DNA of 64,000 nucleotides from Rhodospirillales bacterium (GTDB taxonomy: Bacteria; Pseudomonadota; Alphaproteobacteria; Bin95). Positions 22,881-35,250 of this stretch are shown here, piece after piece. The translations under genes were made by a program, and so were the position numbers. Location: the NCBI GenBank assembly GCA_038143065.1, contig JAYQLI010000035.1, forward strand, positions 832,001-896,000, given 5' to 3'. Positions within the stretch are counted from its first letter, which is position 1. Each line of letters opens with the position of its first letter. A model generated the notes under the pieces. That model made no database searches. It was not told the DNA's origin and saw only the letters and a program-made list of their open reading frames with translations.

Positions 22881-23797
22881 CTATAGACCTTTTTGTGCAG
22901 GGTGTTCTTTAGCCCAGTGGCGCGCGATATCGACTCTCGGTGCCACCCAAACGTCATCAAATTCTGACACATACTTAATAAAACGCTTCAAAGCCATTGC
23001 TCGAGCTGGTTGGCCAATTAAGCGCATATGAAGCCCAACATTCATCAGTTTTGGCTCATATTCTCCTTCTGCATAAAGAAAATCAAAGGCATCTTTAATG
23101 TGTTGAAAGAACTCGTTCCCATTCCCAGAGTTACCACGGGTCATTTGGCCATCATTGTTTGTTAGTGAGTACGGGACTACCAAATGATTCTGACCAGATA
23201 CATTTAACCAATAAGGAAGATCATCGTTGTAACTATCTGAGTCATATAAAAAGCCACCATGTTCAAGTAACAGTCGCCGGGTATTTTCACTTGGTCCATA
23301 TCGGCAGTACCAGCCCTCTGGCGCCTTACCCAAAGTTTTCTTTAAGGACTGTACCGCTGTCGCGATCTGCTCCCGTTCTTCTGCTTCTGAAAGTTTATAG
23401 TGCTCAATCCACCGATACCCATGACAGCACACATCTAAGTTCGCAGCTTTTATTGCAACTGCCGCTGCGGGATTTCTTTCAATTGCGAGCGCACAAGCGA
23501 ATACCGTGTACGGCATTCCTTTGATTGAAACAAGCGATGGATGCGCCAAAACCCTGCCCTGGAGCCATATTCAAACATACTCTCAGCCGCCAGGTCTCGC
23601 CTATCAGATGGAACCGGCGAAACAGGACTTTCAGTATGGCCAGTTTCTGTTTTCCCATCTCCATCCAAGTGATTTGGCTCAGAGCCTTCTTCAAAATTCA
23701 GAACAAAATTAACTGCAAGTCTCGCTTTATTGGGCCAATTCGGATTGGGAGGATTACCACCATAGCCAATAAAATCACGCTTCAGATGATCACCCAT
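22881..23797 (-). CDS. PuuE-like allantoinase / polysaccharide deacetylase (frameshift near 23525)
   Basis: RDFIGYGGNPPNPNWPNKARLAVNFVLNFEEGSE, ESMFEYGSRAGFWR, HGYRW, GLHMRLIGQP. Confidence 0.87.
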
Positions 23798-23899
23798 TGA
23801 CTTCCTCCCCCTCAGTCCCTTGGTTGTGGTATGATGCCTTGCAAGAGCAGTATTTGGCCAGGCACATTTGCGCAAAACATCAACTCAGGAGCAAAACAG

Positions 23900-25006
23900 A
23901 TGAAACTTGGCGTTTTTTCAATGCCTTTACACAGGCCAGAAAAGCCATATGAGAAGGCGCTATCAGAAGACCGAGAGATGGTTTTGCTGTCTGAAAAGCT
24001 TGGCTTTTCAGAGTATTGGATGGGAGAACATTTTACTTCTAAGGTAGAACAAATTCCATCAGCAATGCTGTTTTTCTCAAGCCTTATTTCAGAGACAAAA
24101 AACATCAAATTTGGCACTGGCGTTGTCAATCTCCCACACCATCATCCTGGAATTGTTGCTGCCGAAGCTGCAATGTTTGATCAATTATCTGGAGGAAGGC
24201 TAATCCTTGGCGTTGGCCCAGGCGGACTAATTTCTGACGCCGAATTTTTTGGCGAGCATGATATGGAAACTCGCAACAGAATTATGCTTGATTATGTAGA
24301 GGCAATTAAAAAAATGTGGGCCTCTGATGAAGTTTTTAATATCACCGTGAACGATATTAATATGACTAACCAAAAGACTTACTGGCCGCGTCATGGACTT
24401 GGCCTCATTCCAAAACCAAAGCAAGTACCGCACCCACCTTTTGCTCTTGCAATGGTATCCGCCAGATCAGGAGCTGCTGCCGTGTGCGCAGAGCAAGATT
24501 TTATACCGATATCAGCGAATTTTATTCCTGAAGATGATGTTGCCGTGCAATGGCAAACCTATGCCGAAGCTAGAGCAAAGGTTGGTAAGCAAGCCGACCC
24601 TGCAATCTGGCGGGTAGCCCGTAATATTCTGATCACGGACACCGACGCAGAAGCCAAAACAGTTCTCGAAGATCCAGACGGCGATTTTGCTTTTTATTTT
24701 CGCTACCTACGTTCACTGCGTAATATGGGTGACTTGGACCTAATGAGAGACGAACCGATTGAGTCATTAAATGAGAGGCTCAATATCAAAGAGGCGATAG
24801 ACGCCTGTGCAATTGCAGGTTCTGCCCAAACTGTGTTGGATCGGTTAATCGCAATGTCAGAGAATACCGGGCCGTTTGGAACTCTCCTAGTAGCTGGACA
24901 AGACTGGGATGACAGCGGCCGCTGGCCAAAATCCACGAAGAAATTAGCAGAAGATGTGGCTCCAAAACTTGCTCAGCATCTTAAAACGCTGGAGTGCAAA
25001 TCATGA
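23900..25006 (+). CDS. LLM-class flavin-dependent monooxygenase
   Basis: MKLGVFSMPLH, WMGEHF, FDQLSGGRLILGVGPG; SD AGGAG upstream. Confidence 0.9.
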   Translation: MKLGVFSMPLHRPEKPYEKALSEDREMVLLSEKLGFSEYWMGEHFTSKVEQIPSAMLFFSSLISETKNIKFGTGVVNLPHHHPGIVAAEAAMFDQLSGGRLILGVGPGGLISDAEFFGEHDMETRNRIMLDYVEAIKKMWASDEVFNITVNDINMTNQKTYWPRHGLGLIPKPKQVPHPPFALAMVSARSGAAAVCAEQDFIPISANFIPEDDVAVQWQTYAEARAKVGKQADPAIWRVARNILITDTDAEAKTVLEDPDGDFAFYFRYLRSLRNMGDLDLMRDEPIESLNERLNIKEAIDACAIAGSAQTVLDRLIAMSENTGPFGTLLVAGQDWDDSGRWPKSTKKLAEDVAPKLAQHLKTLECKS

Positions 25007-26370
25007 AAGATAGTGTCTGGCACTTTGCAGAGCATGTGGCTGCAACGGATAAGGTAGATATTCCAGATTCAGCGATCAAAGCAGCAAAAATTTTTCTATT
25101 GGACACATTGGGTGTAGGAGTTGTCGGTTCAGCCGCACCGTTCGTTGATGAACTGATAACTGCAGCAGCAGCTGCAGGAGTGAGTAATTCTCGGTCTGCC
25201 CGAGTATTTGCAAGCGGTGAGCGCTCTCCCCTCCAGGCGCAGCACTTTTAAATGCATTTCAGATACATAATTCCGAATTCGACTGCGTTCATGAAGCAGC
25301 AGTTGTTCACCCTCTGGCCGTAATATTGGGAGCAATGACTGCCTTTTCCGATGCAGAAGGCGGCATTTCTGGAAGTGATTTCATATCAGCGATGATATTG
25401 GGGGTAGATGTTGCAGCAGGTTTAGGCGTTGCATCAAATTCTCCCCTTAAATTTTTTCGACCAGCCACTGCAGGTGGCTTTGGAGCCGCTGCTGCGTTAG
25501 CACGGTTAAAGGGCTTGGATGTTCAGGGAGTTGTCCGCGCCATGAGTGCGGCTTACGGGCAAATGGGCGGAACCATGCAGGCTCACACGGAAGGCAAGGG
25601 TTTACTGCCTATGCAGGTAGGTTTTAACGCTCGAAATGCATTGCTGGCGGCTGATCTTGCAGCTCTAAATGTTGATGCTCCAGAGAACATTCTAGACGGT
25701 CCTTATGGATACTACGCTAACTTTGAAGGTTCCTATGACCTTTCAGGGGTTATTAAGACACTTGGAAATATTTGGCGGATTACTGAGGTAGCTCATAAGC
25801 CATTCCCATCCGGTCGCGCCACCCATGGAATTTTGGATGCGGCACTCCAAGTCCAAAAGAAGCATGGCCTAAATTATTCAGACATCACTGCTGTACATTG
25901 TAAGGTTCCAAGCTTAACTCAAAGGCTAATTGGCCGACCCGCATTAGAGGCAATGACTCCCAATTACGCCAGATTATCAGGGCAATATGTAGTAGCGTCT
26001 GCTCTTATGCGCGGGACTGTTAATGTTGAAGATTTCTACGCTGAAGCGCTGAATGACCCGAAACGCTTAGAACTTGCAAAAAAATAATTATTGAAACGGA
26101 CGCTAACCCTGACCCCAATGCTCTCGCCCCAGTCAATGTAGCAATCCAAACTGATGACGGTAGCAGTTTTCAAATAGAGTTGAAAAAATCTACGGTAGCC
26201 CAAGCAACCCAATGACGCATGAGGCCCATTTATCGAAATTTAAGAGCAACTTCCAAGCGGCTCGCCCAAAACTCCCAGCCAGCCAAGCCGAAGAATTAAT
26301 AAAGGCTATCGATAATATAGAAGCAGTCGCAGATATGCGAAGCGTAATAGAACTGTGTGTTGCGTCATGA
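25003..26370 (+). CDS. MmgE/PrpD family protein (about 4 frameshifts)
   Basis: LLDTLGVG, HNSEFDCVHE..VVHP, KPFPSGRATHG, YGSPSNPM; ATGA overlaps with the downstream gene and a 4-nt overlap with the upstream gene. Confidence 0.85.
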
Positions 26371-27733
26371 CGAGCAACTACTTTTTACAGGCGGATCCAA
26401 GAACCATTTTGCAGGATTACCCTGTTGGTACTGCTTTCTTAGACGGGCCCGCGCGGCTTTCCAGAGATGAACTTCGGAATCTACAAGAAAGCCGGTTCTC
26501 TAGTGTCATAGCCCGTGCCTGGGAGGTTCCATTCTATCAACGCCGTTGGTCGTCTATAGGCCTCGAAAAGAGGACATTAAGGAGATCGATGATCTTCCCA
26601 AAATACCTACCTTTTCAAAAACTGACCTAATGGAGAGCGTAGAAGCCTATCCTCCATTCGGCGATTTTCATGGATTAGGTGATAATTTTTCTAATGTGGT
26701 ACTCCACACGACAAGCGGCACAACAGGAACCCCACAACCACTTTTTTTCGGCCCCTATGATCGAGAAGTCCAGAACGTATTATTGGCACGGGCTTACATT
26801 CTACAGGGAATGCAAAAAGGCGACGTTGCACATTCCGTTTACGGCTACGGAATGGTGAATGGTGGGCATTACGTTCGCGAAGCTGTCACTCATTTCACGG
26901 ATGCAATGTATATTCCAGCGGGTACAGGTCGCGATACGCCGACTTCTCAACAGATAGAAATGATGCATCGCTACGGCGCAACAGCAATTCTTGGTTTTGC
27001 TGACTATATAAAACGATTAGCGGACGCAGCTCTTGAGGTTGGAATCAAGCCTGGGGAAGATATTCCGCTTAAGATGATCTCAGGCCACATAGGCCAGGAA
27101 GATAAAGCGGCAATTTCAGAGGCTTGGGGCGGAGCTGCTGTCTACGATTGGTACGGTGTCGGTGATACCGGAATTATCGCTGGCGAAGGGCCATCCCACA
27201 ACGGGCTTTATGTTTGGGAAGACGCACATCTTATCGAAATTTTGGATCCAGAGACGGAAACAACTCTACCTGATGATCATACAGGGAACATCTGCGCAAC
27301 GCCGCTCTTCAAAACTGGTGTTTATCCAATAGTACGCTTCGACACTAAAGATCTCTCAAAATTAATGCCTCCTTCTCCAGAAAGCGGCATTAACTTCAAA
27401 CGCATGCCCGGTTTTCAAGGGCGAAGCGACAATATGGTGAAACTTAGAGGTATAAATGTTTATCCCACAGCTATCGGAACTTTATTAGATCAACACAGAA
27501 CAACCACAGGCGAATATATATGCCGCCTCACTCGGTCAGGATCGCGTGATGAGCTAACTGTGGTGGTGGAAACTAAAGAACTGGGGACTAATCTGACTCT
27601 TGAGATAGAAGCCATTTTGAAAAAAGGCCTTGGGGTTTCTGTTAAGGTTCAGCTTGTGTCCCCAGGTGAAACAGCGACTGACACACAAGTTGAAACTCGT
27701 CAGAAACCCATAAGATTAGTAGACTTAAGATGA
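26367..27733 (+). CDS. Phenylacetate-CoA ligase-like adenylating enzyme (frameshift near 26565)
   Basis: HTTSGTTGTP AMP-binding motif, GRSDNMVKLRGINVYP. Confidence 0.88.
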
Positions 27734-29047
27734 GTGGCGGCCAAACTGAAGAGTTAACCAGTTTATCAATCAAACAGCTTTGCCATCAGTATAGAAATGG
27801 TGAGAGTGACCCAGTGCGTGTCACGGAAGCTTATCTCACCTCAATAAGCAAAAAAAATGCAGCGTTGAATGCATTCATAAATACCACCTCTGAGCATGCT
27901 CTCCAAGCTGCCCAGGCTTCGGCACAGCGTTGGCAGTCAGGGCGTGCATTGAGCCCGATTGATGGGGTGCCGATCGCCATCAAGGACAACATTGATCTTA
28001 GTGGTTTTGAAACAACAAACGGCTGTAAATTTGGACCTGTTGCGCAGCAAGATGCTTATGTAGTCCAACGACTAAAAGCAGCAGGAGCAATAATCCTTGG
28101 CAAACTAAACCAACACGAACTTGCGCTTGGCACAACGACGAATAACCCACATTTTGGTCCATCGAATAACCCGGTTGGGATAGGAATTACTCCAGGGGGT
28201 TCATCTGGAGGTTCAGGCGTTGCTGTAGCAGCAGGTTTGGCCGCTGCTTCCTCGGAACTGATACAATGGGCTCAGTCCGAATTCCTGCCTCTTATTGCGG
28301 GTGTTTTGGCATAAAACCAACTTTTGGGGTGGTCTCTAATCAAGGAGTTTCCCCGCTTGCATTTTCCCTCGATCATGTTGGCCCTCTCACTCGGACCGCC
28401 GAAGACCTTGAGCTAATGCTTTACGCAATGACTAATGAGAGTTTTGACCTGACAGAATTTGGCATCGAGGGCCTCAGGGTTGGACGTGTGAGGCAAATCG
28501 AAGAAACTGAAATCCAAAATGATGTGTTAAATTCTTATCATAACTTTCTGCGAAGACTTTCTGACCTTGGGGCAAACCTCGTGGACGTTTCTTGGCCAGA
28601 ACTCAACATGACCAAGCTAGACTTGCTGGACTTTTAGTATCTGAAGTTGATGCAGCTTCAGCTTATGCGGACGATCTTGCATTTCGGCCGGAACGTTTTT
28701 CACCTGAAATACGAGCAATGATTTCTTATGGCCGAGACGCAAACCCTGAAAAAATAAAAATTGCTCGAGATTCCATCGCTAAAGCAGGTGAAAGCGTTAA
28801 CGCTAGTTTTAAAACGGTGGATGTTATCGCAGCACCCGCATCTCCAATTCCTGCGTTTAAATTTTCGACCCCAGCACCCGCTAATCAGGCTGACTTCACC
28901 GCACCCGCAAATTTTGCTGGTTGCCCGGCAATTAGTATTCCTGAAGGCAAAAATAAAAACGAACTACCACTGGGCGTTCAACTCATGGCAGCTAAAGGCA
29001 GAGATATCGGACTAATCCGACTTGTGCAGGCAATTAATATTTCGTGA
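27730..29047 (+). CDS. Amidase signature family enzyme (two frameshifts)
   Basis: GVPIAIKDN, PGGSSGGS, (GTDT)MGSVRIPAS, LPLGVQL. Confidence 0.9.
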
Positions 29048-29049
29048 AG

Positions 29050-30432
29050 CTATTCAGCTGCACTTAAATTCACATTTAATAAGTCAGAAAATTGGCTCAT
29101 ATCTGCAATTTGAGAAACTGAAGATGCTGCAGTCAATAAATAATTTGCTTCCGGCGTCCCAAGAACGGGCGCCGCACATTCGTTGAATTTCTCCGTTAAT
29201 TCGCCCATCGACAAAGGATCGTCAGGATCCCCTTTACGGGTTTTACGGCGCGCAGAATGCACTCTACCACACTTTGTTTTAACACTAACTATCGCACCTC
29301 GTTTTAGCGGAAATGCGGCCTCTGCCACTGGATCCACTTCTAAGTTAACTTTCTGCATCAACTCACGAACCGTTGAGTTGGAAAGCCAATTCTTATCAAA
29401 AGCCTCGAAACGACAACCTGCACGACGAACAAGCGCAATCGAAACTACATAAGGAAGTGAAAATTGTGCTTCATAGGCAGTCTCAGGATCCCAATCGCCT
29501 GTAACCTTAATCGCAGTTTCGTAAGTGCCAACTTGAATCTGATCCACTTCTTTTGGATCGATAGTTTCATTACGAACAATTTCTAGCATTGCATCGATAG
29601 CCGCGAACCCATGACCACAGGAGCTGTGATTTTTCTGGGTAGTTTCCAGAATTGTCCAGCGCTCACCCAAGCTTGCAAGACCAGGACCAAAGTTAGCTGG
29701 TGTATCTGCAGCACCCTTTAGGGCGGCTGCAAACCCTACTTCGCCTTCAAGCATTTTAGGCGCTCCTTTTAGCCCTGCCCTAGCACCAAAAGCAGCGGTA
29801 ACCCCATTTTGTGCTGCCTGTCCTGCGTGCAAAGGTTTGAGCATTGCATCAGCCCTAAAAGCCTGCTGAAGCCCTGCTGCCATCGTCGCAACAGACGAAA
29901 TTGCATTTCCCAGCTGCTCTTTTGTTAAGTTTAGCGCAACCCCAGCACCCACCGCTGCTCCAAATGCACCAATAGTCCCCGTTGTATGCCAGTATGCATA
30001 ATGACCAGGGATCATAGCCGCACCGATACGGTTCGACACCTCATACCCAGCTATTATTGCAGCCAAAAACTGCTTGCCAGACACTCCTTCAGTTTCAGCT
30101 GCGGCTAATGCCGCTGGAATTACTACAACCCCAGGATGGTAAATTGCTTCCCTAAAAATATCGTCAAATTCGATGGAGTGACTTCCAATACCATTAATGA
30201 ATGCAGCAGCTCGCGGCGTCGCTTTCAATCCATCGGGAACCAAAGAGGCAGGTCCATGTCCGATTTCATGTTGTAACGCTTTTCGGAATTCTGGAGCTGG
30301 CGATGATGTGGCACCACGAGCGGCCACACCCAACCAATCTAAGAAAACTCGCTCTGCGGCTTTGAATACCTGTTCAGGAGCGTTCTTTTCTACATCTACT
30401 GCAAACGCTGCTAATTGATCCTGAACCGACAT
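29050..30432 (-). CDS. MmgE/PrpD family protein
   Basis: HSIEFDD..YHPG, WHTTGTIG, KPLHAG, KGDPDDPLS. Confidence 0.92.
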   Translation of the reverse strand: MSVQDQLAAFAVDVEKNAPEQVFKAAERVFLDWLGVAARGATSSPAPEFRKALQHEIGHGPASLVPDGLKATPRAAAFINGIGSHSIEFDDIFREAIYHPGVVVIPAALAAAETEGVSGKQFLAAIIAGYEVSNRIGAAMIPGHYAYWHTTGTIGAFGAAVGAGVALNLTKEQLGNAISSVATMAAGLQQAFRADAMLKPLHAGQAAQNGVTAAFGARAGLKGAPKMLEGEVGFAAALKGAADTPANFGPGLASLGERWTILETTQKNHSSCGHGFAAIDAMLEIVRNETIDPKEVDQIQVGTYETAIKVTGDWDPETAYEAQFSLPYVVSIALVRRAGCRFEAFDKNWLSNSTVRELMQKVNLEVDPVAEAAFPLKRGAIVSVKTKCGRVHSARRKTRKGDPDDPLSMGELTEKFNECAAPVLGTPEANYLLTAASSVSQIADMSQFSDLLNVNLSAAE

Positions 30433-30524
30433 TAGTTCTCTCCTTTGTTACAAACAGACTACAATTGCAGGCTTGTCTTCGCCAAGGCATTCTTGTCGTC
30501 ATTCATTTCTAGGAGTTTCCCACC

Positions 30525-31950
30525 ATGTCCAAGGACACGCCGATCAAAATTATTGAAGAACTTTCTGCGGCACTCGGACCTGGAGGCTGGATCGATGGCG
30601 AAAGCGATGACGCTGCTCAATATCTCACTGACTGGTCAGGAGCTTTCACTGGGAAGGCAATTGGCATAGCCAGACCTGCCAATGTGGCAGAGGTTCAAGC
30701 TGTTCTAAAATTAGCTAAAAAACATAGCCTTAGCGTTATTCCGCAAGGCGGCCACACCGGACTTGTTGGTGGGGGCACACCTTTTAACGATGGTAACGTA
30801 ATAGTACTGAGCCTAAGGCGGATGAATAAAATTCGAAAAATTGATCCTTCCAATTACACCTTAGTGGTAGAGGCTGGAGCTATATTGCAGGAAGTCCAGG
30901 AGGCAGCTATTGCCCATGACCGGTTTTTTCCACTCTCCCTTGGGGCTGAAGGCAGTTGTACCATAGGCGGCAATCTTTCAACGAATGCTGGTGGCGTTAA
31001 TGTAATACGCTACGGCAATGCCCGTGAATTAGTTCTAGGCCTAGAAGTGGTTTTACCAGATGGGGAAATCTGGGATGGATTGAGAACGCTGAGAAAAGAC
31101 AATACTGGATATCACCTAAAACATCTTTTTCTTGGTGCAGAGGGGACCTTAGGCGTTATTACCGCCGCTGCGCTTAAGCTTTTTCCAAAACCAATGCGAA
31201 CAGCGGCTGCTTGGGTTGCAACTCCTTCGGTTAAAGATGCACTCGCTGTATTAGAAATAGCTCGTAATGAAACGGGTGACTCGATAGAAACTTCAGAACT
31301 TATTACACGCCGCGTTGTAGATGTTGTTGTCAGCCAAATGGACGGAGTTCGGGATCCAATGCCTGATGCTTCACCGTTTTATATTCTCATGGAGGCATCC
31401 ACCACTCGAAAAGCAGAAACGGGCGAAACCCCACAAAACATGCTCGAAAATGCTCTCGCTCAAGCAATTGAAGCAGGTCATGCAACTGACGCAATAATTG
31501 CGCAATCAGATCAGCAGCGGACTGATTTTTGGAAAATTCGAGAATCATCGCCAGAAGCTATGCGGCGTTTGGGAAAGCCACGTATTACTTGGGATGTAAC
31601 TCTTCCAATTTCAGATCTTCCAGACTTCTATGCTGCAGCAGAGAAACGAATGTCAGAAGTTGCTCCCGATGTAACTTTTCAAGGGTTTGGCCACATGGGT
31701 GATGGAAACCTGCACTATGCTGCGTACGGGGATAGAGTTCGAGAGATTAAATCGGTTCTGGTTAAAACACTCTATGATTTAGTGGCTGATTTTGAAGGTT
31801 CCTTTCTCCGCTGAACACGGCATTGGACAAAAACGAACTGAGGAACTCGAACGATATAAGTCCCCCGTTGAATATAAACTTATGCAAACTCTAAAGAACG
31901 CTCTTGATCCAGATGGTAGAATGAATCCGGGAAAGGTTTTACACGTTTAA
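30525..31950 (+). CDS. FAD-binding oxidoreductase, D-2-hydroxyacid dehydrogenase type (frameshift near 31805)
   Basis: PQGGHTGLVGG, LRKDNTGY, GHMGDGNLH; C-terminal SAEHGIG..MNPGKV in the shifted frame. Confidence 0.9.
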
Positions 31951-31963
31951 CCCTGTCAATAAT

Positions 31964-32137
31964 TTAATCTTCACGTTTCAGTCTATCTAAAAGCTCATTC
32001 CGCTTTTTCTCAGCTTCATTTTCCGAAGCTTTATCCGCCTTGCTACGGCCGAATTTAATACGATTGATAGAGGCGGATGATTTTTTATCTGACTTCGCCT
32101 TAGCTTTGCGAAATTTATTTAAATTAACAACTGTCAT
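31964..32137 (-). CDS. DUF4169 family small basic protein (57 aa; below ORF-track cutoff)
   Basis: MTVVNLNKFRKAKAK..NRIKFGRSKADK matches the alphaproteobacterial DUF4169 pattern. Confidence 0.8.
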   Translation of the reverse strand: MTVVNLNKFRKAKAKSDKKSSASINRIKFGRSKADKASENEAEKKRNELLDRLKRED

Positions 32138-33352
32138 GGCTCAGATGCACCATCAACAGTGACACCAGATTCTATCAATTTACTGATTTCTTCTGCCGTA
32201 TAACCGATTTCCTGCAAAACGGCGACGCTACTTTGTCCTAATCGATCGGTATGCCGACGAAAACCACCCGGGTTTTATGCAAATGAACTGGTGGCTCAAT
32301 GTAGCGTATGAGACCCTCAGTCGGATGTTCCATAACGCTAAAAACCCCAATAGCTTTCAAGTGCTCATCTTCTAAAACACTATCTAAATCGTGGACGCGC
32401 ATAGCGGGAATATCATTTTCACCAAGCAGTTTGAGCCATTCAGATGTCGATTTCATAGGCAATACTTCTGCAACAAAGCTGTATAGCGCATCGATATTCT
32501 GAGTTCGGTCTCCGAGCGTTGCAAAACGCTCGTCAGCGGCAAGCTCTGGCCTGCCGGAAATTCTGAAGAAAGCGCGCCAATGCCTATCGGTATATGGAAT
32601 AGCTCCAATATATCCATCTGCAGTCTTATACGGACGACGATGGGGGAGTTAAGAGACGTGAATAACCTGCAGGCCCCAGTGGAGGGTCAAATGCTTTCCC
32701 TTGTAAGTGTTCCTGCATAAGAAAGGCGGTGAAGGCTTCAAACATGCCAACATCAACTTTCTGCCCTTCCCCGTCCTTTCTCTATGGAATAGCGCCATAG
32801 CAATGGCATAACTAGCAAAGAGCCCAGATATTTTATCTACCATGACCATTGGGGCGTAACGAGGTTCACCCCAGTCATTCGTCCATTTAATTCAGCAAAC
32901 CCAGAAAGTCCCTGAATAAGGTCGTCGTAAGCCGCATTGTCAGCATACGGTCCTTCAGGACGAAAACCTGTCAAAGCCGCATAAACAATATCAGACCGGA
33001 TCTTGGCGATGGTTTCATAATCAACGCCCAATTTCACCGCTGGCTTAGGGCGAATGTTCAAAACAAAACAATCAGCCGTTTCGATCAATCGACTAAAAGC
33101 TGCTTTGCCTGCATCTTGTTTGAGGTCCAGAACTAAACTCCGCTTATTGCGGGCCTTAGTCATATACCCTCCAGCCATACCCTTATTGCGACCAGGGCCT
33201 GTTTGACGCGACGTATCTCCAGCAGGTGTCTCAATTTTGATTACATCTGCTCCCATCTCGGCTAGTATCTGCGTGCAATACGGACCAAATAGCACTGTAG
33301 TCAGATCAACCACACGTATGCCATCAAGCGCTCCTTTTGACTGCACGTTCAT
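32134..33352 (-). CDS. CaiB/BaiF class III CoA-transferase (several frameshifts)
   Basis: LDGIRVVDLT..GPYCTQILAEMGADVIKIE, RNKRSLVLDLK, AYDDLIQG. Confidence 0.88.
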
Positions 33353-33451
33353 CAGTAACCGACTCCCTTTGGGCAAAAATTTTGAATGATAATGATACAA
33401 TCTCCGCCGGGTTGTACCATATGAAGTTAAACTATCGTGAAGTTGGAGGTT

Positions 33452-34032
33452 ATGATGGACTTGTTGGAAACGCTGATCGAGAGAAAATCAACCCCCAAGA
33501 TTAATGAATGAGTACGGGGGACCAACGCCAAGCGATATTCAAGATATTCTTCGAGCAGCTGTTTCTGCTCCAGATCACGGCGCCATTCGTCCATGGCGCT
33601 TTGTCGTTATTGAAGATGAAAACCGTGCAATTTTAGGACAGATATTTGCAAATGCTTTAAAAACGCGCGACCCAGAAGCAAGTGAAGAAGCAATTCAAAA
33701 AGAACTCAACCGCCCACTGCGCGCGCCGATTGTGATAGCCATCCTCGCGCGAGTAGTTAATGATCGCCCCAATGTACCTCGCATAGAACAAATCGTTGCA
33801 ACAGCATGTGCTGCACAAAATATGCTAGTAGCTGCTAGTGCTAAGGGCTTTGCGGTATTTGCTAACTGGTAAAAATGCACATGATCCGAATGTCCGCGCC
33901 TTCTTCGGTCTAAAACCAGACGATGAACTCGTGAGCTTCCTTTATCTCGGGAAACCCAACGGTGAGCAGCCATCAAAATTGAGGCCTAATCCGAACGATT
34001 TCGTAGAGGAATTTGGAACTATGCAAATATGA
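33452..34032 (+). CDS. Nitroreductase (YdjA-like; two frameshifts)
   Basis: APDHGAIRPWRF, RAPIVI, AAQNML, LTG..FLYLG. Confidence 0.85.
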
Positions 34033-34442
34033 GCGGCAAGTCTCCGTTGCTAAAAACAAGCCGGATTAGTCGACCAGTTTGGTTTGCTATTGGCTGGATA
34101 TTCGTTGTTTTAGCTGCATTAGGTGCGGTTTTACCGTTACTGCCAACCGCACCTTTTCTAATCATCGCGGCAATTGCATTTAGTAAAAGCTCTGAGAGGT
34201 GTCGACAATGGCTTTACAACCAGCCAATCTTCGGTCCCATTTTGACAGACTGGGAAGAGCATGGGGTCATCCCTAGGGGTGCGAAAGTAGTAGCGCTTTT
34301 AAGCATGACCCTGAGCTTTGTTGCTCTTTTGATCAGCGGCAAAGTGCCAATTTGGGCATTGGTTTTCATAGGAGCATTGTTGCTGGCATGCGGTTGGTTC
34401 GTTGCCTCAAGGCCAGGTAAAAAAGTAATCCCTAATTCTTGA
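34029..34442 (+). CDS. YbaN/DUF454 inner membrane protein
   Basis: GAVLPLLPTAPFLIIAAIAFSKSSER, FGPILTDWEEHGVIP. Confidence 0.88.
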   Translation: MSGKSPLLKTSRISRPVWFAIGWIFVVLAALGAVLPLLPTAPFLIIAAIAFSKSSERCRQWLYNQPIFGPILTDWEEHGVIPRGAKVVALLSMTLSFVALLISGKVPIWALVFIGALLLACGWFVASRPGKKVIPNS

Positions 34443-35107
34443 ATGGAACTTATAAAGTGACAGATACTCGCCGCAGCCATTGCAGAAACAATTGAAATAG
34501 ATCCTTCAAAGCCTCTTCTGATAGTTGATGCAGACGAGGTTCTTTTTCAATTCATGGCTGCATTCCTAACTTTTATCGAAGAAAAAGGTCATACGTTTCT
34601 TTTTCAGATCATACGCACTTGCTGGAAATGTCCTTGCTTATAAGGATGGTCCACCACTAGAGCGACAAACTGTTTCTGATCTAGTAACTGAATTTTTGAA
34701 AAGCGAACTCGTGAAATTCCAGCTGACTTAGAGGCGGCACCAGCACTAAACCGCCTAAAGCTTGACGGGTTCCAAATAGTTGTTTTGAGTAATGTGCCTT
34801 CAATAGCAGTAGAAGATCGCCGTTACGCGCTAAACGCAGCAAATATTCAATTTCCACTTATCCCATGGTCCGGACCAAAAGGGACTGCTGTCGCAGCTCT
34901 GGCTCAAAAACACAGGGAAAAACTATTTTTGTTGACGATATAATTTCCCATCACGAAAGCGTTGCTGATTTAGCACCTGAAGTGTATCGCCTGCACTACG
35001 TTATTCACCCAAAACTCCGGAAACTTCTTGGAAAAGTGGAGGCCGCAAGTGATCAAGCCGAAAGTTGGTTTGAGCTTGAAAAACTTCATTCGGAACCATG
35101 TTTTTAA
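34443..35107 (+). CDS. HAD-superfamily-like conserved protein (frameshifted)
   Basis: Manual translation PLLIVDADEVLFQFM (DxD motif), VVLSNVP, GPKG, FVDD. Confidence 0.7.
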
Positions 35108-35250
35108 GTGATCAACTTATTTGGAATTTAATTTCCGTACATGCCTCCTATGACCAATAAACATCCCCAATTAGAAATTTTAGTGTTATTAAAAATGAGT
35201 TAACATTCATTGATAAAAACTATGCTTGTTCTGATTAAGGACTGTATAAC

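Noticed and set aside
33509-33511. In-frame TGA early in the nitroreductase as a second Sec site
   Set aside because: It is not at a Cys position. A missing base in the CCCCC run restores the frame (..STPPRLMNE..).
21353-35100. Genomic island integrated at tRNA-Asn
   Set aside because: No integrase, no repeated tRNA 3' end noticed, and no clear compositional shift.
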